From NCBI RefSeq assembly GCF_000027125.1, contig NC_017626.1: 64,000 nt of DNA. The stretch is one strand, 5' to 3'. Made by a program: the position numbers and the translations under genes. Under the pieces are notes generated by a model. That model was not told where the DNA came from. It did no database searches and worked only from the letters and a program-made list of their open reading frames with translations. Shown in pieces: positions 33,623 to 47,194 of this stretch (position 1 is its first letter; the number at the start of each line of letters is the position of its first letter). Source of the DNA: Escherichia coli 042. Its GTDB lineage: Bacteria > Pseudomonadota > Gammaproteobacteria > Enterobacterales > Enterobacteriaceae.

Positions 33623-35037
33623 CTACCCATCTGGTCTGGTTTCGCCAGGATTTACGTCTGCACGATAATCTCGCACTGGCTGCCGCCTGCCGCAATTCGT
33701 CTGCACGCGTGCTGGCGCTGTATATCGCTACACCACGCCAGTGGGCGACGCATAACATGTCGCCGCGTCAGGCTAAACTTATCAATGCTCAACTGAATGG
33801 GCTACGAATAGCGCTGGCGGAAAAAGGTATTCCTTTATTGTTCCGTGAAGTGGATGACTTTGCCGCCAGCGTCGAAATAATTAAACAGGTGTGCGCGGAA
33901 AACAGCGTTACTCATCTTTTTTATAACTATCAGTATGAGGTGAATGAGCGGGCGCGGGATGTGCAGGTTGAGAGAACGCTGCGTAACGTGTTGTGCGAAG
34001 GGTTTGATGACAGCGTGATCCTGCCGCCTGGCGCGGTGATGACCGGCAATCACGAGATGTACAAAGTCTTTACGCCTTTTAAGAATGCCTGGCTGAAACG
34101 GCTGCGGGAAGGGATGCCGGAGTGCGTCGCTGCACCAAAAGTTCGTAGTAGCGGATCGATAGAGCCCGCGCCATCCATTACGCTGAATTATCCTCGTCAG
34201 TCTTTCGATACTGCGCATTTTCCGGTGGAAGAAAAAGCGGCGATTGCGCAATTACGCCAGTTTTGCCAGAACGGTGCCGGAGAGTATGAGCAACAACGAG
34301 ATTTTCCGGCAGTTGAAGGTACCAGCCGTTTGTCCGCCAGCCTGGCAACGGGCGGGTTATCGCCTCGCCAGTGTCTGCATCGCCTGTTGGCGGAACAGCC
34401 GCAGGCGCTGGACGGTGGGGCCGGTAGTGTCTGGCTTAATGAGCTGATCTGGCGCGAGTTCTACCGCCATTTGATGACGTATTACCCCTCGTTGTGTAAA
34501 CATCGTCCGTTTATTGTCTGGACGGATCGTGTGCAGTGGCAGCGCAATCCCGCCCATTTTAAAGCCTGGCAAGAAGGTAAAACGGGATACCCGATTGTTG
34601 ATGCTGCCATGCGTCAGCTTAACAGCACTGGCTGGATGCATAACCGGCTACGGATGATTACAGCCAGTTTTTTGGTGAAAGATTTATTGATCGACTGGCG
34701 CGAAGGCGAGCGATATTTCATGTCGCAGCTGATTGATGGTGATTTGGCAGCCAATAACGGTGGCTGGCAGTGGGCCGCTTCAACCGGAACCGATGCAGCG
34801 CCGTATTTTCGTATTTTTAACCCGACAACCCAGGGCGAGAAATTTGACCGCGAAGGCGAGTTTATCCGCCGGTGGCTACCGGAACTGCGCGATGTACCAG
34901 GGAAAGCGGTGCATGAGCCGTGGAAGTGGGCGCAGAAAGCAGGTGTGACGCTGGATTATCCGCAACCGATAGTTGATCACAAAGAGGCAAGGCTGCGAAC
35001 GCTGGCAGCGTACGAAGAAGCGAGGAAAGGAGCCTGA
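33619..35037 (+). CDS. phr: Deoxyribodipyrimidine photolyase, 472 aa
   Basis: MTTHLVWFRQDLRLHDNLAL and conserved C-terminal FAD-binding region. Confidence 0.95.
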   Translation: MTTHLVWFRQDLRLHDNLALAAACRNSSARVLALYIATPRQWATHNMSPRQAKLINAQLNGLRIALAEKGIPLLFREVDDFAASVEIIKQVCAENSVTHLFYNYQYEVNERARDVQVERTLRNVLCEGFDDSVILPPGAVMTGNHEMYKVFTPFKNAWLKRLREGMPECVAAPKVRSSGSIEPAPSITLNYPRQSFDTAHFPVEEKAAIAQLRQFCQNGAGEYEQQRDFPAVEGTSRLSASLATGGLSPRQCLHRLLAEQPQALDGGAGSVWLNELIWREFYRHLMTYYPSLCKHRPFIVWTDRVQWQRNPAHFKAWQEGKTGYPIVDAAMRQLNSTGWMHNRLRMITASFLVKDLLIDWREGERYFMSQLIDGDLAANNGGWQWAASTGTDAAPYFRIFNPTTQGEKFDREGEFIRRWLPELRDVPGKAVHEPWKWAQKAGVTLDYPQPIVDHKEARLRTLAAYEEARKGA

Positions 35038-35078
35038 TAAAACGCAGCGAGCGTTTTATCAGGTATGGTGCTGGCCTG

Positions 35079-36743
<1,665 letters not shown>

Positions 36744-36830
36744 TTAATATGTCAAAAGATTGGCTATCGACGAACAGGCGAGGTAACGCTATGTTAACGG
36801 TGTAGCTATCAGAATACGGAAGGCGCGAAG

Positions 36831-37574
36831 ATGAAAAACACCGAACTGGAACAACTGATTAACGAAAAACTGAACAGCGCGGCGATTAGTGATTACGCGC
36901 CGAATGGTTTGCAGGTGGAAGGCAAAGAGACGGTGCAAAAAATTGTTACCGGTGTCACTGCCAGCCAGGCTTTGCTCGATGAGGCAGTGCGTCTGGGCGC
37001 GGATGCGGTCATTGTGCATCATGGCTACTTCTGGAAAGGCGAATCTCCGGTCATTCGCGGCATGAAGCGTAACCGTTTAAAAACGTTGCTGGCAAATGAT
37101 ATCAACCTGTATGGCTGGCATTTGCCGCTTGACGCACATCCTGAGCTGGGCAATAACGCACAGCTGGCGGCGTTACTGGGGATCACGGTCATGGGCGAAA
37201 TTGAGCCGTTGGTGCCGTGGGGCGAACTGACCATGCCTGTGCCGGGACTGGAACTAGCCTCCTGGATTGAAGCGCGTCTGGGACGTAAGCCGTTATGGTG
37301 TGGCGATACCGGACCTGAGGTGGTCCAGCGCGTTGCCTGGTGCACGGGCGGCGGGCAAAGTTTTATCGATAGCGCCGCGCGTTTTGGCGTGGATGCTTTT
37401 ATTACTGGCGAAGTTTCTGAACAGACCATTCATTCAGCCCGCGAGCAGGGATTGCATTTTTATGCTGCGGGTCACCATGCCACTGAACGTGGTGGTATTC
37501 GCGCGTTGAGCGAGTGGCTGAATGAAAATACCGATCTTGATGTGACCTTTATTGATATTCCTAATCCTGCATAA
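36831..37574 (+). CDS. ybgI: Nif3-family metal-binding protein YbgI, 247 aa
   Basis: Full-length ORF; conserved His-rich metal-binding residues. Confidence 0.92.
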   Translation: MKNTELEQLINEKLNSAAISDYAPNGLQVEGKETVQKIVTGVTASQALLDEAVRLGADAVIVHHGYFWKGESPVIRGMKRNRLKTLLANDINLYGWHLPLDAHPELGNNAQLAALLGITVMGEIEPLVPWGELTMPVPGLELASWIEARLGRKPLWCGDTGPEVVQRVAWCTGGGQSFIDSAARFGVDAFITGEVSEQTIHSAREQGLHFYAAGHHATERGGIRALSEWLNENTDLDVTFIDIPNPA

Positions 37575-37596
37575 CGAATAATCAGAGGGATCGAAA

Positions 37597-38253
37597 GTGC
37601 AACGAGCGCGTTGTTATCTGATAGGTGAAACGGCGGTAGTGCTGGAACTGGAACCGCCGGTGACGCTGGCTAGCCAGAAACGGATCTGGCGACTGGCACA
37701 GCGTCTGGTGGATATGCCGAATGTGGTTGAAGCCATTCCCGGCATGAACAATATCACGGTGATTTTGCGTAATCCTGAGTCGCTGGCGCTGGATGCCATA
37801 GAGCGTTTGCAACGCTGGTGGGAGGAGAGTGAGGCGCTGGAGCCGGAGTCTCGCTTTATTGAAATTCCGGTGGTTTACGGTGGTGCAGGCGGACCGGATT
37901 TAGCGGTGGTCGCGGCGCATTGTGGGTTGAGTGAGAAACAGGTTGTTGAATTGCACTCCTCCGTGGAATACGTGGTCTGGTTTTTAGGTTTTCAACCGGG
38001 CTTCCCGTATCTCGGGAGTTTGCCGGAACAACTACACACGCCACGGCGCGCTGAACCGCGCTTGCTCGTTCCGGCAGGTTCTGTCGGGATCGGCGGGCCG
38101 CAGACTGGTGTTTATCCGCTGGCAACGCCGGGTGGCTGGCAGTTGATTGGTCATACCTCACTCAGCCTGTTTGATCCGGCGCGTGACGAACCCATCTTAT
38201 TACGTCCGGGAGACAGCGTGCGCTTTGTACCGCAGAAGGAGGGAGTATGCTGA
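37597..38253 (+). CDS. pxpB: 5-oxoprolinase subunit B (allophanate hydrolase subunit 1-like), 218 aa, GTG start
   Basis: Full-length ORF; 7-nt overlap with pxpC. Confidence 0.9.
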
Positions 38254-39179
38254 AGATTATTCGTGCGGGCATGTATACCACTGTGCAGGATGGCGGTCGT
38301 CACGGTTTTCGCCAGTCGGGTATCAGCCACTGCGGCGCACTGGATATGCCTGCGTTACGCATTGCTAACCTGCTGGTGGGTAATGACGCCAATGCCCCCG
38401 CGCTGGAGATAACGCTCGGTCAGTTAACGGTAGAGTTCGAAACTGATGGTTGGTTTGCCCTGACGGGGGCAGGTTGCGAAGCGCGGCTGGATGATAATGC
38501 CGTCTGGACTGGCTGGCGCTTGCCGATGAAAGCAGGCCAGCGTTTAACGCTTAAACGCCCGCAGCACGGGATGCGCAGTTATCTGGCGGTCGCGGGTGGT
38601 ATTGATGTTCCGCCGGTAATGGGGTCATGCAGTACCGATCTCAAAGTGGGGATTGGCGGGCTGGAAGGCCGTTTACTGAAGGATGGTGACCGACTCCCGA
38701 TGGGTAAATCGAAGCGTGATTTTATGGAAGCGCAGGGCGTTAAACAGCTGCTGTGGGGCAACCGCATTCGCGCCTTGCCGGGGCCGGAATATCATGAGTT
38801 CGATCGCGCCTCGCAGGATGCATTCTGGCGTTCGCCCTGGCAGCTTAGTCCGCAAAGTAACCGCATGGGCTATCGCTTACAGGGGCAAATTTTAAAACGC
38901 ACCACCGATCGCGAACTGTTATCTCACGGTTTGTTGCCGGGTGTGGTGCAAGTGCCGCATAACGGCCAGCCGATTGTATTGATGAACGACGCACAGACCA
39001 CCGGTGGTTATCCGCGTATTGCCTGTATCATTGAGGCTGATATGTACCATCTGGCGCAAATTCCGCTCGGTCAGCCGATTCATTTTGTCCAGTGTTCACT
39101 GGAAGAGGCACTGAAAGCGCGGCAAGATCAACAACGTTATTTCGAACAATTAGCGTGGCGGCTGCACAATGAAAATTGA
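38247..39179 (+). CDS. pxpC: 5-oxoprolinase subunit C (allophanate hydrolase subunit 2-like), 310 aa
   Basis: Full-length ORF; 11-nt overlap with pxpA. Confidence 0.9.
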
Positions 39180-39903
39180 CCTGAACGCCGATCTGGGCGA
39201 AGGCTGCGCCAGCGACGCAGAGCTATTAACGCTGGTTTCCTCTGCCAATATTGCTTGTGGATTTCATGCAGGCGATGCGCAAACCATGCAGGTTTGCGTG
39301 CGTGAAGCAATAAAAAATGGTGTCGCGATTGGCGCTCACCCGAGTTTTCCCGACCGGGAAAATTTTGGTCGCAGTGCCATGCAGCTGCCGCCAGAAACCG
39401 TTTACGCCCAGACGCTGTATCAAATTGGCGCGCTGGCAGCGATTACCCGTGCACAAGGGGGCGTAATGCGTCATGTCAAACCGCACGGCATGTTATACAA
39501 CCAGGCGGCGAAAGAGGCACAACTGGCAGACGCCATCGCCAGAGCGGTATACGCTTGCGATCCGTCATTGATTCTCGTCGGGCTGGCGGGAAGCGAGCTG
39601 ATTCGTGCAGGCAAGCGATATGGTCTGATAACGCGCGAGGAAGTGTTTGCCGATCGCGGTTATCAGGCTGACGGCTCGCTGGTGCCGCGAAGCCAGCCAG
39701 GCGCGTTGATTGAAAACGAAGAACAGGCGCTGGCGCAAACGTTGGAGATGGTGCAACACGGCAGAGTCAAAAGTATCAACGGCGAATGGGCAACGGTCAC
39801 GGCGCAAACGGTCTGCCTGCATGGCGATGGAGAGCACGCACTGGCATTCGCCCGCCGACTACGCTCTACATTTGCCGAAAAGGGGATTGTTGTCGCAGCA
39901 TAA
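39169..39903 (+). CDS. pxpA: 5-oxoprolinase subunit A (LamB/YcsF family), 244 aa
   Basis: [20 protein letters not shown]... Confidence 0.9.
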   Translation: MKIDLNADLGEGCASDAELLTLVSSANIACGFHAGDAQTMQVCVREAIKNGVAIGAHPSFPDRENFGRSAMQLPPETVYAQTLYQIGALAAITRAQGGVMRHVKPHGMLYNQAAKEAQLADAIARAVYACDPSLILVGLAGSELIRAGKRYGLITREEVFADRGYQADGSLVPRSQPGALIENEEQALAQTLEMVQHGRVKSINGEWATVTAQTVCLHGDGEHALAFARRLRSTFAEKGIVVAA

Positions 39904-39938
39904 CCCCGCTTAATAAAGAATGAAAAAAGGATATCACC

Positions 39939-40730
39939 ATGCCTGAAGGCCCGGAGATCCGCCGTGCAGCGGATAACCTGGAGGCGGCGATCAAAGGCAA
40001 ACCACTAACTGATGTCTGGTTTGCCTTCCCGCAGTTAGAACCTTATCAATCACAACTTATCGGTCAACACGTTACCCATGTGGAAACGCGAGGTAAGGCG
40101 TTGTTAACTCATTTTTCCAACGGTTTAACGCTCTACAGCCATAATCAGCTTTACGGCGTCTGGCGCGTGGTTGATACCGGCGAAGAGCCGCAGACCACGC
40201 GAGTATTGCGGGTAAAACTGCAAACGGCTGACAAAACCATTCTGCTTTATAGCGCCTCGGATATTGAGATGTTGACCCCGGAACAACTGACCACGCATCC
40301 GTTTTTACAACGCGTTGGCCCCGATGTGCTGGATCCGAATCTGACGCCGGAGGTGGTAAAGGAACGATTATTGTCGCCGCGCTTTCGTAACTGTCAGTTT
40401 GCTGGATTACTGCTCGATCAGGCGTTTCTGGCAGGACTTGGCAATTATTTGCGGGTGGAGATCCTCTGGCAGGTGGGGTTAACCGGCAATCATAAAGCGA
40501 AAGATCTCAGTGCGGCGCAACTGGATGCACTCGCACACGCGTTACTGGATATTCCTCGACTTTCTTACGCTACGCGGGGGCAGGTGGATGAGAATAAACA
40601 TCATGGGGCGTTGTTTCGCTTTAAGGTTTTTCATCGTGATGGCGAACCGTGTGAACGCTGTGGCAGCATCATTGAGAAAACCACGTTGTCCTCGCGCCCG
40701 TTTTACTGGTGTCCAGGCTGCCAACACTAG
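39939..40730 (+). CDS. nei: Endonuclease VIII (Fpg/Nei DNA glycosylase), 263 aa
   Basis: N-terminal MPEGPEI catalytic Pro2/Glu3; C-terminal zinc finger CxxC-N16-CxxC. Confidence 0.95.
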   Translation: MPEGPEIRRAADNLEAAIKGKPLTDVWFAFPQLEPYQSQLIGQHVTHVETRGKALLTHFSNGLTLYSHNQLYGVWRVVDTGEEPQTTRVLRVKLQTADKTILLYSASDIEMLTPEQLTTHPFLQRVGPDVLDPNLTPEVVKERLLSPRFRNCQFAGLLLDQAFLAGLGNYLRVEILWQVGLTGNHKAKDLSAAQLDALAHALLDIPRLSYATRGQVDENKHHGALFRFKVFHRDGEPCERCGSIIEKTTLSSRPFYWCPGCQH

Positions 40731-41773
40731 GCCGACCGCTTCGGCGCATAGGTTGAAATAAACCGCGCAATGGCTGGCCCCGTCAGCAAAATACTGAACA
40801 GGCGCAGGGTTTGCATCGCCATAATAAGCGCCATATCGGCATTGCTCCCTGCGGCGATGACCGCCACGGTATCAAGCCCGCCGGGACTGGTGGCGAGGTA
40901 GGCGGTCATAAAATCAATATGCATAAACCGGGTCAGCCCCCACGCCATACCTGCACAAATAGCCAGCAGAGCAAAAATCGACAGCAAGATTTGTGGCAGT
41001 GGGCGCAATGCTCGCAGTAAGATTTGCTTATCGAAACCAAGACCAATCCGCCAGCCAATTGCCATATACGCCATCGCCAGCAGCCATTCCGGGAGTTCAA
41101 TCGTGATGAGCTGACCAGACTGGAGCACTGCGCCCGCCAGCATCGGGATGAGCATTGTGCCGGAAGGAAGACGTAGCAAGCATCCCGCCGTACCGGCAAC
41201 GACCGCGAGCAAAATCGTAAGCAGGAGATTAATGCTCACTGGCGGGAACCAGACGATCTGCTGGTTAACCGCTTCAGCGTTATCGCCCAGCATCATGCGG
41301 GTGACCAGAACAGCGGCCCCCGCGACGAACAGCACTCGCAGATATTGCATAAATGCCACCAGGCGAATATCTGCGCCGTAATCTTGCGCCATAGCGACCA
41401 TTGCCGCCGCGCCGCCAGGAGAAGAACCCCAGGCACCGGTATTTCCAGGCAGTGAGCTATAGCGCACCAATAACCAACCCACGATGGCGCTGGAAAGCAG
41501 CGTCACCAGTAAAATGGCTAACACTATCGGCCAGTTGGCGGCCAACGTGGTGAGAATCGAACCAGTGAGGTTTTGCGCAATCATACAGCCAAGAATGGCC
41601 TGCGCGGCGAGAAAAGCGGAGCGGGGAAGTTGCAGAGTAATTCCGCGCATACTAAAGATGATCCCGGCGATCATCGGCCCAAGTAATAGTGCCGCCGGGA
41701 GATGTACCGCGAGGAAACCAATAGAAAGGAGAAGTGATAGCACACATAACATTCCCCACTGCAAAATTGGCAT
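40727..41773 (-). CDS. abrB: AbrB (AidB regulator) family membrane protein, 348 aa
   Basis: [20 protein letters not shown] start at ATG 41771-41773; stop overlaps the nei stop by 4 nt (convergent). Confidence 0.88.
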   Translation of the reverse strand: MPILQWGMLCVLSLLLSIGFLAVHLPAALLLGPMIAGIIFSMRGITLQLPRSAFLAAQAILGCMIAQNLTGSILTTLAANWPIVLAILLVTLLSSAIVGWLLVRYSSLPGNTGAWGSSPGGAAAMVAMAQDYGADIRLVAFMQYLRVLFVAGAAVLVTRMMLGDNAEAVNQQIVWFPPVSINLLLTILLAVVAGTAGCLLRLPSGTMLIPMLAGAVLQSGQLITIELPEWLLAMAYMAIGWRIGLGFDKQILLRALRPLPQILLSIFALLAICAGMAWGLTRFMHIDFMTAYLATSPGGLDTVAVIAAGSNADMALIMAMQTLRLFSILLTGPAIARFISTYAPKRSA

Positions 41774-41924
41774 CCTTCGCTCCCTCATTATTTTTTCTTT
41801 GGTGTATCGATACAGCATAAAGAAAGCCGGGCCAGGAAAAAATAACAGCAATCAAGGAAAAGGGGAAAATCAGCAATTTTCTGAAAGAGATGCCCTTTCC
41901 GGCTGCAAAGGGCACCATGGCAAA

Positions 41925-42986
41925 TCAGTTATAGTTAATCTTAAAAAGCACCACTGTATCGAAGGGGCCAGCTTCGATGGGGGTACCTGGAATGGACGAA
42001 AGTTCAGCCGTATAGGTTTTTTCGTAGATCAACATATCGCTGGTGAAATCAGCATATTCGCTGTATTTGTTGAAAGTATAGGGTGAAGAATTTTCATCCA
42101 GCAAACGGAGCTTCAGTCCATTACCAATCAGCAGTGCTTTATCCTCTTCAATCAATGTTTCTTCGGTATAAAACGAAGAGCTGACCTTAAATCCGTCGGT
42201 GCACTGGTCATTTTGTGATTTTGTCGTCTTAATACTGAATGTTTTAGACATTGTGTGGCGGCGAATATCCAGCAGGTTAAATTTACCAAAATCAATCACC
42301 TGTGTTTCTGGTGAAATAGAAAAATTGACGCTGCAATCCAGTACACGAATGTTTTCCAGACCAGTAATATGGTATTTCAGGTTTTGGGCGGTAGGGTCTT
42401 CGTTAACGCTACCGGCACCATCAAATTGCACGACGATGTAGTCGCTAAGCGTACTTTGATAATCATGCGGCGGCATTTCGCGAATCTTAACGTATAACCG
42501 CATACGAGCGAGAAAGGTTCGCGACATGTGAATATTAGCGGGGTCACCCGAACATATTTTGTTCTGCCATCCCATCGCGATGATCTGCTCAGGGGTATAA
42601 ATGTCAATGTTCTTACTGTCGATACACTGGTTAGTGTCGATGCGGCTTTTTCCCTGGTTGGCGTCATAATCAACGCCATTGTAAGTTACGCCGAGTTGAT
42701 AATAGCGATCCTGCACCCCCGGGTAGGGGTTTACCCAGGCGTAGACATGCTCACTTTCAAAGTTGCCGTTGGTATTGTTGTCACAATAGACGGGAATTTT
42801 AATATCGTCAGATTCCCAAATCTTATCGCCGGGTTTGGCATTGCCTGGTACAGCAAAAGGTTGAATCACTTCTGATTTTTCTACCGAACCACCGGATGAA
42901 CCAAAGTAGCAGTTCAGGGCAAGCGCAGACTTCAACGGCAGAAATACCAGACAGATGACGAGCAACACTCCCTTGCCAGCACTCAT
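41925..42986 (-). CDS. ybgO: Fimbrial adhesin-like protein YbgO (cryptic chaperone-usher operon), about 353 aa
   Basis: Signal peptide then fimbrial-like domain; start at ATG 42984-42986 with GGAGG; ATGA overlap with ybgP. Confidence 0.85.
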   Translation of the reverse strand: MSAGKGVLLVICLVFLPLKSALALNCYFGSSGGSVEKSEVIQPFAVPGNAKPGDKIWESDDIKIPVYCDNNTNGNFESEHVYAWVNPYPGVQDRYYQLGVTYNGVDYDANQGKSRIDTNQCIDSKNIDIYTPEQIIAMGWQNKICSGDPANIHMSRTFLARMRLYVKIREMPPHDYQSTLSDYIVVQFDGAGSVNEDPTAQNLKYHITGLENIRVLDCSVNFSISPETQVIDFGKFNLLDIRRHTMSKTFSIKTTKSQNDQCTDGFKVSSSFYTEETLIEEDKALLIGNGLKLRLLDENSSPYTFNKYSEYADFTSDMLIYEKTYTAELSSIPGTPIEAGPFDTVVLFKINYN

Positions 42987-43714
42987 TTCTTCGCCTCCAC
43001 TGCTTGTAAACGGCATTGTCCGCTGCAGTTGAGCGTCGTCATGCGTAACGCGCCGTAATCATCCATATAACCGAGATAAAACTGCCTGCCGCTATAACTT
43101 CCGGTGTTTGTAATTACTGTACTAAAAGGCGCAACCATCACGGTTTTGAAGCCCGGGAGAATACCTTGCTCATTTCGTCCCAGGTAGGCGATTGTCAGGT
43201 AATAGCCGGTCGGGTTTTTTAAGTTAAGTTGATTGCCCTGCTGGCTGACTTGTAACTGTAGCTCGACTTTTTCTCCTGCTTTCTTGCGTAACGCGGACGG
43301 TCTCCAGAACACTTTGATACGACTCTGGATGGCGACCTGCAGAACGGCATGGCCGCTGTTTTTTTCCGGGGCGGGAGGAATTTCACGCATATTGTAGAAA
43401 AATAGCGTTTCGCGATCGCCCGGTAATTTTGTGGTCGAGACTTGCTTTACTATCCGTACCTGCGTTGTTGCTTTCGGTTCCAGACGTTGTATCGGTGGCA
43501 GGGCAACCAGAAGATCATCGCTTTTCTCCCCTTTTTCATTTTCGAGCCAGGAATAAGCGAGGTAGGGGAGTTTATCGCTACGATTATCCACTCGCAGGCT
43601 GGTGGCTTTATCATTAGCGTTAAACACAATGCGAGTGCGATCGGGTTGTAGTGCGGCGTGGCTGCACAGACTGGCAACCAACAACAAAAGGGGTAGTCCT
43701 TTCATAAATGTCAT
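42983..43714 (-). CDS. ybgP: Periplasmic fimbrial chaperone YbgP (PapD-like)
   Basis: [31 protein letters not shown]...; PapD-like fold signature; start inferred at ATG 43712-43714. Confidence 0.88.
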   Translation of the reverse strand: MTFMKGLPLLLLVASLCSHAALQPDRTRIVFNANDKATSLRVDNRSDKLPYLAYSWLENEKGEKSDDLLVALPPIQRLEPKATTQVRIVKQVSTTKLPGDRETLFFYNMREIPPAPEKNSGHAVLQVAIQSRIKVFWRPSALRKKAGEKVELQLQVSQQGNQLNLKNPTGYYLTIAYLGRNEQGILPGFKTVMVAPFSTVITNTGSYSGRQFYLGYMDDYGALRMTTLNCSGQCRLQAVEAKK

Positions 43715-43728
43715 TTTCATTTCCTTAA

Positions 43729-46188
43729 TTAATGACAAGGTAAAATCAGGCGATTTGCGGTGTCTTCCATATGTTCAGGAAGATGGATCGAGCAACGCTG
43801 GCTATCACCCCAGATCACGGTAAATTGTTGATTTTCAGCGACTCCACTTAACCAGGCGTGTCCTTCCTCGCCAACCATTCCCACGCTAATGCCGCTATCC
43901 TCCTGGCGGATATCCGCACCGAGGGGAGGGAACTGACCGCTGGCGTTGCGAATGATGACGTTAACGTCTTTACCGGAACGGGAAGCCAGCGATTTGTAAC
44001 CTATCGCGCCTTCAATCCACGTTTCTTTGATAACGTTATCTGCCACTGTTACGCCGTCGGGTAAATCATTCATGTTCACCGCCACGGTGGAAGGCTGATA
44101 ACTGGAAATCAACGGCACCACCGCAATGCCAAAATGGTTGGTGTAGTCGAGATTGCCCTGAACCGGAATATCTGCCACGCCATCGGTACTGACCATCAGA
44201 CGTGGTTCATTGGTGGAGCTGCGACGATGGAACGCCGCACCATATTGAGTTGCCGTGAAAGAACCGCTCCAGCTGCTGCTGACGGAACTGTAATCATTGG
44301 CGGCATAGGTACCAGAAATATCCCACTCACCCGCTGAACTCAGGTGCTGATAGTTACCGCTCACCTGGGCTCCATTATCCGGACGGTCGGATTGCAGTCC
44401 GGTAGACATGCCCCAGCTATTACGTTCATCTAACGTATCATTCCACGACATGCGGTGCGTGGTGCTGTGACCACTGTTTTGCATGTCATAACCGACCCGC
44501 CCCCCGTTACCGAAGGGGAGCGAAATCGACAGGTAAATCTGATTGTCGCGATCTTTATCTTCGTAATGGGTTGTATTGAATGACGTCGAGATCGAGATAT
44601 CTCTCCAGTTACCAATATCAACATTAAAACCCGCCGTGATGTTGGCGGTCGTGGAGGCGTCTGCATTCCACCAGGTTTGATGCAGCAGGTTGGCGTACAG
44701 ATTGAGGTTCAGTGGAGTAATCGGTTGCCCCACAGATAAGCTGATCGTCTGTTTTTCGTCCTGCGCATCGTTGTCGTTGTATTTGTGATCCAGATAGTTG
44801 GCGTAGCTGTGAAAATGACGATCTGAGAAGCGATAAGCGGCGAGCGAAATCGTGCTGTTAGTGGCATCCACTTGTTTGCTGTAATTAAAGCGGTAACTTA
44901 AGCCCCGCTCGTCCTGCTGAGTATCAAACTGACTACTGGCCCAGGTGACATCAAACGACAATGCACCAAGCCAGAGCATATTTTGCCCGATACCCATTGC
45001 GGCAGAATGGTAGTTGTCACCCGAAATCAGCAGGCCGCCGTACAGCGAGGTATTTGACAGCATCCCCCAGGAAACTTCATTGCTAAAAAAGGTTTCATTT
45101 TCAGTTTGATGTGACATGGAGGGCCGTGGCTGACCCGCGGTCAATTTATAGCGAACCTGTCCCTGGCGAGTCAGGAAGGGTGTCGATGCTGCCGAAACCT
45201 GGAAATTGTTCACCCGACCATCTTCTTCCGTCACTTTGACATCCAGCGTGCCCTGAACAGACTGATTGAGGTCATCAATAATAAACGGGCCTGGCGGGAC
45301 TTTTTTCTGGTAAATGACGCGGCCTGATTGACTGATCGTCACCGTGGCATTGGTCTGTGCAATACCGCTAATTTGTGGGGCGTAGCCACGCAGCTCCCAC
45401 GGTAACATTCGATCGTCACTCGCCAGTGCCGCGCCGGTATAAGAAAAACTATCGAAAATATTGGAACTGAAATCGGTTTCGCCGAGGGTTAACTTAGAGC
45501 CTAATTGCGGTAATGGACGAAAAAGATAGGTGCGTGATATTTCGCCTGACTGGTCATGGTTATCTTCGCTATCGGTCTTATTAAGCTGGTAATCACTGCG
45601 TAAGCGCCATGCCCCGGCGTTAATTCCGGCGGTACCGTAGGCATTCAGATTAGTGCTGCTGCTGCCGTCCTGTGGGCGGTAGCTGCTGGCAAACAAGTTG
45701 TAATCCATCAGGACACCGGCAACACCTTCTTTCCATGTAGAGGGGGGAGCCCAGTTTTCTGAGTGCCACGCCAGCCAGGCTTGCGGAATACTAATATTCA
45801 GTTGCTGATTGGCTTGATCGAAATTGAAGAGCATTTCAGGTCGGGAACTGAAATCAATACACCGATCTATCTGTGGCAAGGACTGACGGATATCTGGTTT
45901 TAAACCAAATTTATCGACCAGTGAATCATTGATGCATGGAATGGTTTTGTCACCCTTTTTTTGCCAGTTGATTTTTTGCCCATTACTGATTTGGTTGTTA
46001 TTCACCGCAACGCTAACAAAATATTCACCGGGAGCAATGACTCCTTTTTCCTTTAATAATGAAATATCAATGCGGTCGCGCATTGATTTATCGAGAACAT
46101 TCAGATTGAATTCGACCGCCAATGCGGAAGGCATCGCCATGACCAGGCAGGATATAAAAGAGAGTCGATAAATATTCACGGTGTCCAT
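43729..46188 (-). CDS. ybgQ: Fimbrial usher outer-membrane protein YbgQ (start approximate)
   Basis: More than 800 aa with usher-family sequence; start at ATG 46186-46188 inferred from signal-peptide position. Confidence 0.85.
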   Translation of the reverse strand: MDTVNIYRLSFISCLVMAMPSALAVEFNLNVLDKSMRDRIDISLLKEKGVIAPGEYFVSVAVNNNQISNGQKINWQKKGDKTIPCINDSLVDKFGLKPDIRQSLPQIDRCIDFSSRPEMLFNFDQANQQLNISIPQAWLAWHSENWAPPSTWKEGVAGVLMDYNLFASSYRPQDGSSSTNLNAYGTAGINAGAWRLRSDYQLNKTDSEDNHDQSGEISRTYLFRPLPQLGSKLTLGETDFSSNIFDSFSYTGAALASDDRMLPWELRGYAPQISGIAQTNATVTISQSGRVIYQKKVPPGPFIIDDLNQSVQGTLDVKVTEEDGRVNNFQVSAASTPFLTRQGQVRYKLTAGQPRPSMSHQTENETFFSNEVSWGMLSNTSLYGGLLISGDNYHSAAMGIGQNMLWLGALSFDVTWASSQFDTQQDERGLSYRFNYSKQVDATNSTISLAAYRFSDRHFHSYANYLDHKYNDNDAQDEKQTISLSVGQPITPLNLNLYANLLHQTWWNADASTTANITAGFNVDIGNWRDISISTSFNTTHYEDKDRDNQIYLSISLPFGNGGRVGYDMQNSGHSTTHRMSWNDTLDERNSWGMSTGLQSDRPDNGAQVSGNYQHLSSAGEWDISGTYAANDYSSVSSSWSGSFTATQYGAAFHRRSSTNEPRLMVSTDGVADIPVQGNLDYTNHFGIAVVPLISSYQPSTVAVNMNDLPDGVTVADNVIKETWIEGAIGYKSLASRSGKDVNVIIRNASGQFPPLGADIRQEDSGISVGMVGEEGHAWLSGVAENQQFTVIWGDSQRCSIHLPEHMEDTANRLILPCH

Positions 46189-46238
46189 ACCTGATAAATA
46201 TTTGAAGAAAGGCGGCGATGACGCCGCCAAAGTGATAC

Positions 46239-46805
46239 TTATTTATAATCCAGCACGTAGGTCGCATTCGCCGTAACTGCGCCTGGCGTTACAGGTGTAG
46301 CCTGATCAATTTGTTCCATCCACGCAAAGAAATTTAACGTTTGTTCGCTGGAGGTCGGAGCCAGGTCGATATCTGGAGTAGCGGTGCCTAAAACGATATT
46401 GCTTTGATCTTTATTCATTAAACGCACGCCGACGCCGGTGGCTTCACCCGTGCTGGTGTTGTTGAGAATCGGATCTGCGCCGGTGGTTTTCGCTGAGCTT
46501 TCAAAGGTGACTGCAACTTTAGAAATCTTGCCGCCGGAACCGTTGTTGGAGTTTTCCAGATCGCAGTTGACTAAGCGCAGGTCGACAGCAACGGCATCGC
46601 TGTGATGCGACTGATTAATATGGCTGGTGGTCACCTGACCGAGTTCAACCTCTTTATCAATATCATCCTGATGTATTTCACACGGTGCTTCAATAACTTC
46701 ACCTTTAAAGTGAATTTCACCGGATCCTTCATCAGCCGCATAAACAGGTGCTGTGAATAGCAGAGATATGGCCAGTGCGGCCAATGTTTTTTGTCCTTTA
46801 AACAT
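46239..46805 (-). CDS. ybgD: Fimbrial major subunit YbgD, 188 aa
   Basis: MFKGQKTLAALAISLLFTAPVYA signal peptide; AAGGA Shine-Dalgarno; first gene of the ybgDQPO operon. Confidence 0.88.
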   Translation of the reverse strand: MFKGQKTLAALAISLLFTAPVYAADEGSGEIHFKGEVIEAPCEIHQDDIDKEVELGQVTTSHINQSHHSDAVAVDLRLVNCDLENSNNGSGGKISKVAVTFESSAKTTGADPILNNTSTGEATGVGVRLMNKDQSNIVLGTATPDIDLAPTSSEQTLNFFAWMEQIDQATPVTPGAVTANATYVLDYK

Positions 46806-47133
46806 AGCTGAGTCCTTTAAATAATGAGATAGAGTGTTGCGAGGCAAGAATATATTAACTGACAGTTGAATGTATTTGGTTTTATTTAACAATATTAAAA
46901 ATCTTGTTATATAAAGAATGGAATAATTGAGTGTATAAATTTATTGTTTAATGAGATGAAAGATGGGGTGGGATGGATATGCATAATTTTCATTGGGTTA
47001 ACAATGCTACCGGCAGGAAAGTATAAAAATAAACTTATCATTCTGCTCAGTATGTGACTTGTCACATTTTTTCACCTTATTAATGGGTATTTGCATCTGG
47101 TTTAATTTTTACAATTTATTATGTTCAGCCATA

Positions 47134-47167
47134 TAAAAAAGAACCCGCTCTATTAAAGGCGGGTCCG
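47134..47167 (-). terminator. gltA rho-independent terminator
   Basis: Minus strand GGACCCGC-ctttaataga-GCGGGTTC followed by TTTTTT. Confidence 0.6.
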
Positions 47168-47194
47168 GAAAGTAAACGGCTTAGCAATCAACCA

